This document shows positions 59,601 to 64,000 of a DNA stretch of 64,000 nt, piece by piece. A program made the position numbers and the translations under genes. How positions within the stretch are numbered: the stretch's first letter is position 1; the number at the start of each line of letters is the position of its first letter. The notes beneath the pieces are model-generated. The model saw nothing but the letters and a program-made list of their open reading frames with translations, ran no database searches and was not told the DNA's origin. Source of the stretch: Rhizaria sp. SCN 62-66 (Eukaryota); assembly GCA_001724265.1 (NCBI GenBank), contig MEDY01000009.1, positions 124,001 through 188,000 of the forward strand, read 5' to 3'.

Positions 59601-62600
59601 TGCTGCGCGAGCAGGGCATGCTGGTGACGGCGGCGCTGCTGAACCAGGCCCTGCTGGCCTTCTCGCCGCGACCCGGCCCCACGGCCTCGGTCGGGGGCAT
59701 CGGGCTCGCGCCCGTCGGCGCCCCCGTCGGCGCCGCCACGCCCGCGCTCACCGCGATGCCCATGCTCTCGGTGCCCACCAGCAGCACCTCGGCCTCGGGC
59801 GGCGCTGCGGGCTCCTCGTCCGGCGCGGCCACGCCTTCCGCCTCCGCTGCCGCTGCCTCCGCTGCTGCCGGCGGTGCTCTGGCGCTCTCGGGTGGCTCTT
59901 CCGCGCTCCCGCTCTCCGGCGGCGCCGCGGCCGCGGGCGGCGCGCTAGTGCCCTCTGCTCTCGGCCAGTCCGCGTCGGCCTCGCAGGCGCGCGGCGCGTC
60001 GCTGGCCGCCACCGCGGAGTCCGGCGCCGCCGCCAACGCCGCCGCCGCCGCGGTCGGGCAGACCGGTGATGGCACCTCCGCCGCCGCCGCAGCCGTCGTC
60101 TCCGGCGCCGCGTCGACCCCCGCGCTCGCCGCCGCCTGCGCCGCCGCCACGGGCGCGCTCTCCCGCGCGCTCGTCGCCGCTAACAGCAGCGGCAGCGGCA
60201 GCACGAGCTCCGGCAGCTGCGCGTTGCCCAATGGCGCCGTGAGCGAGCAGGCCGCGCTGGCGCAGCTCGCCGCCGCAGGCTCCGTCCCCGTTGCCGGCTC
60301 ATCCGCGGAGACCGCCTTCATGTTCTTGCTGCCGGGCGTCGCCCCCGCGCCCGAGCCCGCGCCGGCACCGGCCTCCGCGGCCGCCGCGGCCGCCGCGCTG
60401 TCGGCCGCGCTGCCGCGACTGCGCGTAACGCCGCTGCCCGACTACATGGATCTGCGCCACCAGTGGCGCGATTCGACGGCCTTCTACCGCGACCACTTCC
60501 CGCGCGAGCTTGAGGCCAAGTACGGCGCCGTGCCCGTGCCCGGCGGCGCGGAGGCGCTGCCGTCTCTGCTGCTGGCTTTCGCGCCGCGCCTGCTCACGCA
60601 GCTGCTGGCCGCCACGGGCGCGTCGCTGCTGCAGTACAAGCAGGCCCGCGTGACGCAGTCGCTCGCCGGCGTGGGCGCTGCCAGCTCGCGCGCCGCGGCC
60701 GGCCCGCTGCGCCGCCGCCTGCTGCGGCAGATGACCGCCTCGGCCGCTGCGGGGCTCACTGCGCTGTCCGCCGACGATGCCGGAGCCGGGGACCGCGCGC
60801 GCGCCCGCCGCGGCTCGCTCAAGGGCGCGGCGGGCAAGGACTCCGCCGCCGCCGCCGCCGCCGCCAAGAAGGGCAAGGCTGCCGCCGCCGCCGCTGCCGC
60901 CGCAGCTGCTGTGGCCGCCGCAGCGAAGGACGGCGACGGCGACGACGACGGCGACGACGAAGCCGCCGACGCAGCCGACGGCGGCGACAACGGTGGCAGC
61001 GGCGGCGTGAACGACGACTCCGACGACGAGGCCGCCGAGGACATCAAGTGCCTCGAGGCGCAGCTCTCGGTGGCACCCGACGACGTGGGGCTCCGCGTCG
61101 AACTGCGCCGCCTGCGGCAGCACCGCCAGGCGCGCCGCGAGGCCAAGGCCGCCGCGGCCGCCGCCGCCGCCGAGGCCGCCGCGGCCGCTGCTGCCGCCGC
61201 TGAGGCCGCTGCCGCCGCCGCCGCTGCCGCTGTCGCTGCTGCCGCCGCCGCTGCTGCCAACCCAGATGCCTCCGCAGGCGGCAGCGACGCTGGCTCACCC
61301 AACGTGTCCCCCACGGCCGCTGCCGCTGCTGAGGCCGCTGCCGCCGCAGTTGCTGCCGCCGCTACCGCCGAGGCCGCCGCTGCCGCCGCCGCCGTAACTG
61401 GCAGCGCTGCTGGCGGCGCCAACACCGCGGGCTCCAACGCGCGCCGCCGTGGCCGCCGCGCCGGCGCATCCACGGCGGCGTCTGCGGCGCAGGAGCGCGA
61501 CGCCGCGTTCATGTCAGCGGCGGCCTTCTCGGTCTGGGTCGCGCCCGCGGACGTGGAGGCGCTGCGCGCGCGCGTCAAGCACGTGGCGACGGTGGACCTG
61601 CTGCGCGCCAAGATGGCGCTACACCTCGCGTGCCGCGCCGGCGAGCCCGCGCTCGCGGACGCCGCGCGCGGCCACCAGTTCGAGGTCCTGCCGCGCGCCG
61701 TCGCCGCGCTGGTCGAGCGCAACGCCGCCGCCGTGGCCGCGGGCGTCGACCCAACGGTCGCCATTGCGCTCGAGGAGGCCAACGCGGCGGCCGCGGCCGC
61801 TGCGGCCGAGGCGGCGGCGACCGAGGCTGCCGCTGTGGCTGCCAACGCCGCTGCGGCCGCTGCGAGTGCCGCCGCGGCTGCTGGCAAGAAGCCCTCTAAC
61901 CTCAAGGGTGGCAAGGGCGCAGCTGCTGCTGCCGGGAAGGGTACTGGCGCTCCTAACGCCGCTGCTGCTGCTGCCGCCGCCGCTGCCGCTGCGAGTGCTG
62001 CCTCGGCAGCCGCCGCCGCCGCCGCCGCTGCTGCTGCGAACGCAAACGGCAAGCGCGGTTCGCTCGTGCCCGCGCTGCACCTCGCCTCGGCCTCCGCCGA
62101 CGCCGCCGCCTCCGAGGCCGCGGAACCCGGCGCCGCACTGGCCGCGGGCGCGGCCGCGACGCGCGCGCTACTGCTGTCACTTGAGTCGTCGGTGGTGCAC
62201 GCGATGCTGCGGTCGCGCGCGCTGCGGCGCGACTGCGTGGCGGCGTGGACGCAGCGCGTGCTCGACTCGCTCGCGCTCACCGCGCAGCTGCTCGGCGACG
62301 ACCCCAACGACGGGGACGTGCGCGCGCTGCGCGACCTCGCCGCGGGCGCGCTCGCCACGCTCCGGGAGGCGCTCTACACGCTGCCCAAGCACCGCGCGCT
62401 GCCCGACGCCGCCGCGGACCTGGCAGGTTACCGCGCCGCCGTTGTCGCGCTCGGCCCCGCCACCGCCGGCGATGGCGACGCGCACAACACCGGCAGCGGC
62501 TACGGCGCCGGCGCTGCCGCAGCTGCTGCGGCCGACGGCGACGCTGCTGTCATGAATGACAGCTCGCTGCCGCTGCTGCACTGGCCCGCGCCCGCGGCGC

Positions 62601-64000
62601 CCGCGATGCCGCGGCTGCGCGCGCTGCTGCGCGACCTCGTCGCATACCTCGACACGCAGGCGCCCGCGCTGGCCGGCGCCGGTGAGGCCGCGCTGGCGCG
62701 CGCGCTGGCCGCCGCGGCCCCGTCGCGCCAAGCGCAGGCGCGCGTGCTGTCGCTCTTCCACCTGCACCGCTACGCGCACGGCGGCGCGGTGCCGCTCGCG
62801 GCCGCGGTCGCCGCGGGCGACGCCAGCAGCGCCGCCGGCTTGAGCGCGGCCGACGAGGCCGAGGGTGAGGGCGTGGTCGTGGCCGACTGGCTTGTCGCTA
62901 GCATGCCCTACCACCTCCGCCTCTGCCTCGCGGCGCCGCCGATCGCGGACCGCCTGCTCGGCCTGCTGCTCGCGCAGGTCACCGCTCCCCCCGTCCCCGC
63001 CGCCGCCGCCGCCGCTGCCACTCCCGCCGCTGCGATTGGCGCGGACGGCAGCGGCAGCGGCAAGTCTGGCGCCGCGGTCTCGTGCTCGCACTGCCGCCGC
63101 GCGCCGCTGGCGGCGTCGCCGTGGCGTTGGCAGCGCCCCGACGCCGCCGCCGTCGCCGACCTCGCGCTCGACGCGCGCCTCGCGCAGGACCCGCTGTGGG
63201 GCGCAGCTGGCGCCGCCGCGGCCGCTGCCGCCGTTAACGGCTACGCGGTGTCGCCCGAGGCGCTCGCGGCGGCCGCCGACCGCGACGAGGATGGCGGCGA
63301 CGGCGACGACGTCTTCGCCGGACTTGACGCGACGACTGCGCTCGACGACTCGGTCGACGGCGGCGCGTTGCCCAGTGCGCGGTCGACGGGGATCCTATCC
63401 CCGGGCCGCTCGCGCTCGCGCGCTGGCGCCGCTGGCGGTTCGCCCGTACAGCTGGCCGCCAACGCGGCGCGCGCGACCGACGCCCGTGTCGGCGAGACCG
63501 TCGCCCGCGTGCTGCGCCAGCGCCGCGCCGCCAAGACCGCCGCGCTGAGCGCTGCCAACACTGGCAATAACAAGCACGGTGCAAGCGGTGCCGCGGCTGC
63601 TGCTGCTGCTGCCGCTGAGGCCGAGGCCGCCGCCGCCGAGGCCGCGGTGAGCGACATCGCGGCGACGGCGCGCGTGTTCGGCGTGCCGACGCCCGCGGCG
63701 GCGCTGGTGCAGTCGCTGCGGCACCCGTTCCTGGCCGTGCGCGTGCTTGTCGACCTCTTCGGCGCCGACCCCAACACGCGCGCCTCGGTGCCGCTCTGCG
63801 AGGCCGCCGATAACACGGAGGACGACGGCACCGCCGCCGCCGATGACGCCGAGGTCTCTGCCGACGAGCACGCTGTCGACGCCGCGGCTGCCGGCACTGT
63901 CGTCTCTGCCGACGGCTCCGCTGCCGCTGCTGGCGCTGACTCTGGCGCTGGTGACAAGGCGTACTCGCTGTGCGACGAATGCCACCGCCGCCGCCGCGGC
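50207..64000 (+). CDS. Giant Clu-domain protein (>4598 aa, 3' end outside window): long disordered N-terminus, Clu domain ~57600-58800, CLU-central-like region ~59330-61620, split ZZ-like zinc finger near the window edge
   Basis: The frame from ATG 50207 (MPPRRAAAPEAAPRAP...) is open to 64000 and no ORF-track entry lies in this frame. Clu motifs: FSRAAAAAAKAIVKE, GLFLRRAAD, YGGPEADDAAAARALGAEL, LVDFAGHRILAQ, SGSADNGDTV, LHLAPHAVG, LPGDAKGY, LTRLMPPE, LRPELL, PLSSDAL. Central motifs: HSFGVSLRHL, EMTLRTWK, RVKH. Confidence 0.85.
53329..53370 (+). repeat. 9-nt tandem repeat (CCCAATCAG-like x4) encoding PNQ-PNQ-PTQ-PNQ
   Basis: cccaatcag cccaatcag cccactcag cccaatcag read directly. Confidence 0.8.
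53633..53668 (+). repeat. (GCT)n microsatellite encoding poly-Ala
   Basis: Perfect run of about 11 GCT units. Confidence 0.9.

Noticed and set aside
50101-63985. Dozens of Arg/Pro/Ala-rich ORFs on both strands in the ORF track
   Set aside because: All lie in frames other than the single open frame starting at 50207, which carries the Clu motifs.
1-64000. CRISPR arrays, prokaryotic operons, alternative genetic code
   Set aside because: Repeats are coding trinucleotide runs without spacers; spliceosomal introns show a eukaryote; genes end in TAA or TGA with no in-frame stops needing reassignment.

Overview
Eukaryotic genomic DNA, most likely a gene-dense unicellular protist; the lineage cannot be assigned from sequence alone. 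It uses the standard genetic code, with very GC-rich coding exons separated by short AT-rich introns and intergenic spacers. Nine protein-coding genes are supported. (1) A partial low-complexity gene running off the left edge (<1-2779, -). (2) A 2-exon ~2096-aa Gln-rich protein with LEA-like amphipathic repeats and a coiled coil (4135-10580, +). (3) An orphan Ser/Thr-rich ORF (11374-13665, +). (4) An uninterrupted 7918-aa ORF (13867-37623, -) that looks like a hugely inflated TFIIIC B-block-binding subunit with an AT-hook. (5) RFC1, 2 exons. (6) PTH2. (7) A 3-exon M1 puromycin-sensitive-type aminopeptidase with GAMEG instead of GAMEN. (8) A secreted LBP/BPI protein. (9) A >4598-aa Clu-domain protein with an apparently split ZZ-type zinc finger running off the right edge (50207->64000, +). 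Genes 1 and 9 are missing from the ORF track because they have no stop codon in the window. All four reconstructed coding introns are 146-170 nt and start GTACGY. Every gene has a 3'-splice-acceptor-like site 0-106 nt before its ATG, which could mean 5'UTR introns or spliced-leader trans-splicing. Conserved domains are repeatedly interrupted by long in-frame low-complexity inserts. No convincing RNA genes, mobile elements or CRISPR arrays were seen. All family assignments are by eye from remembered motifs; no searches were run.
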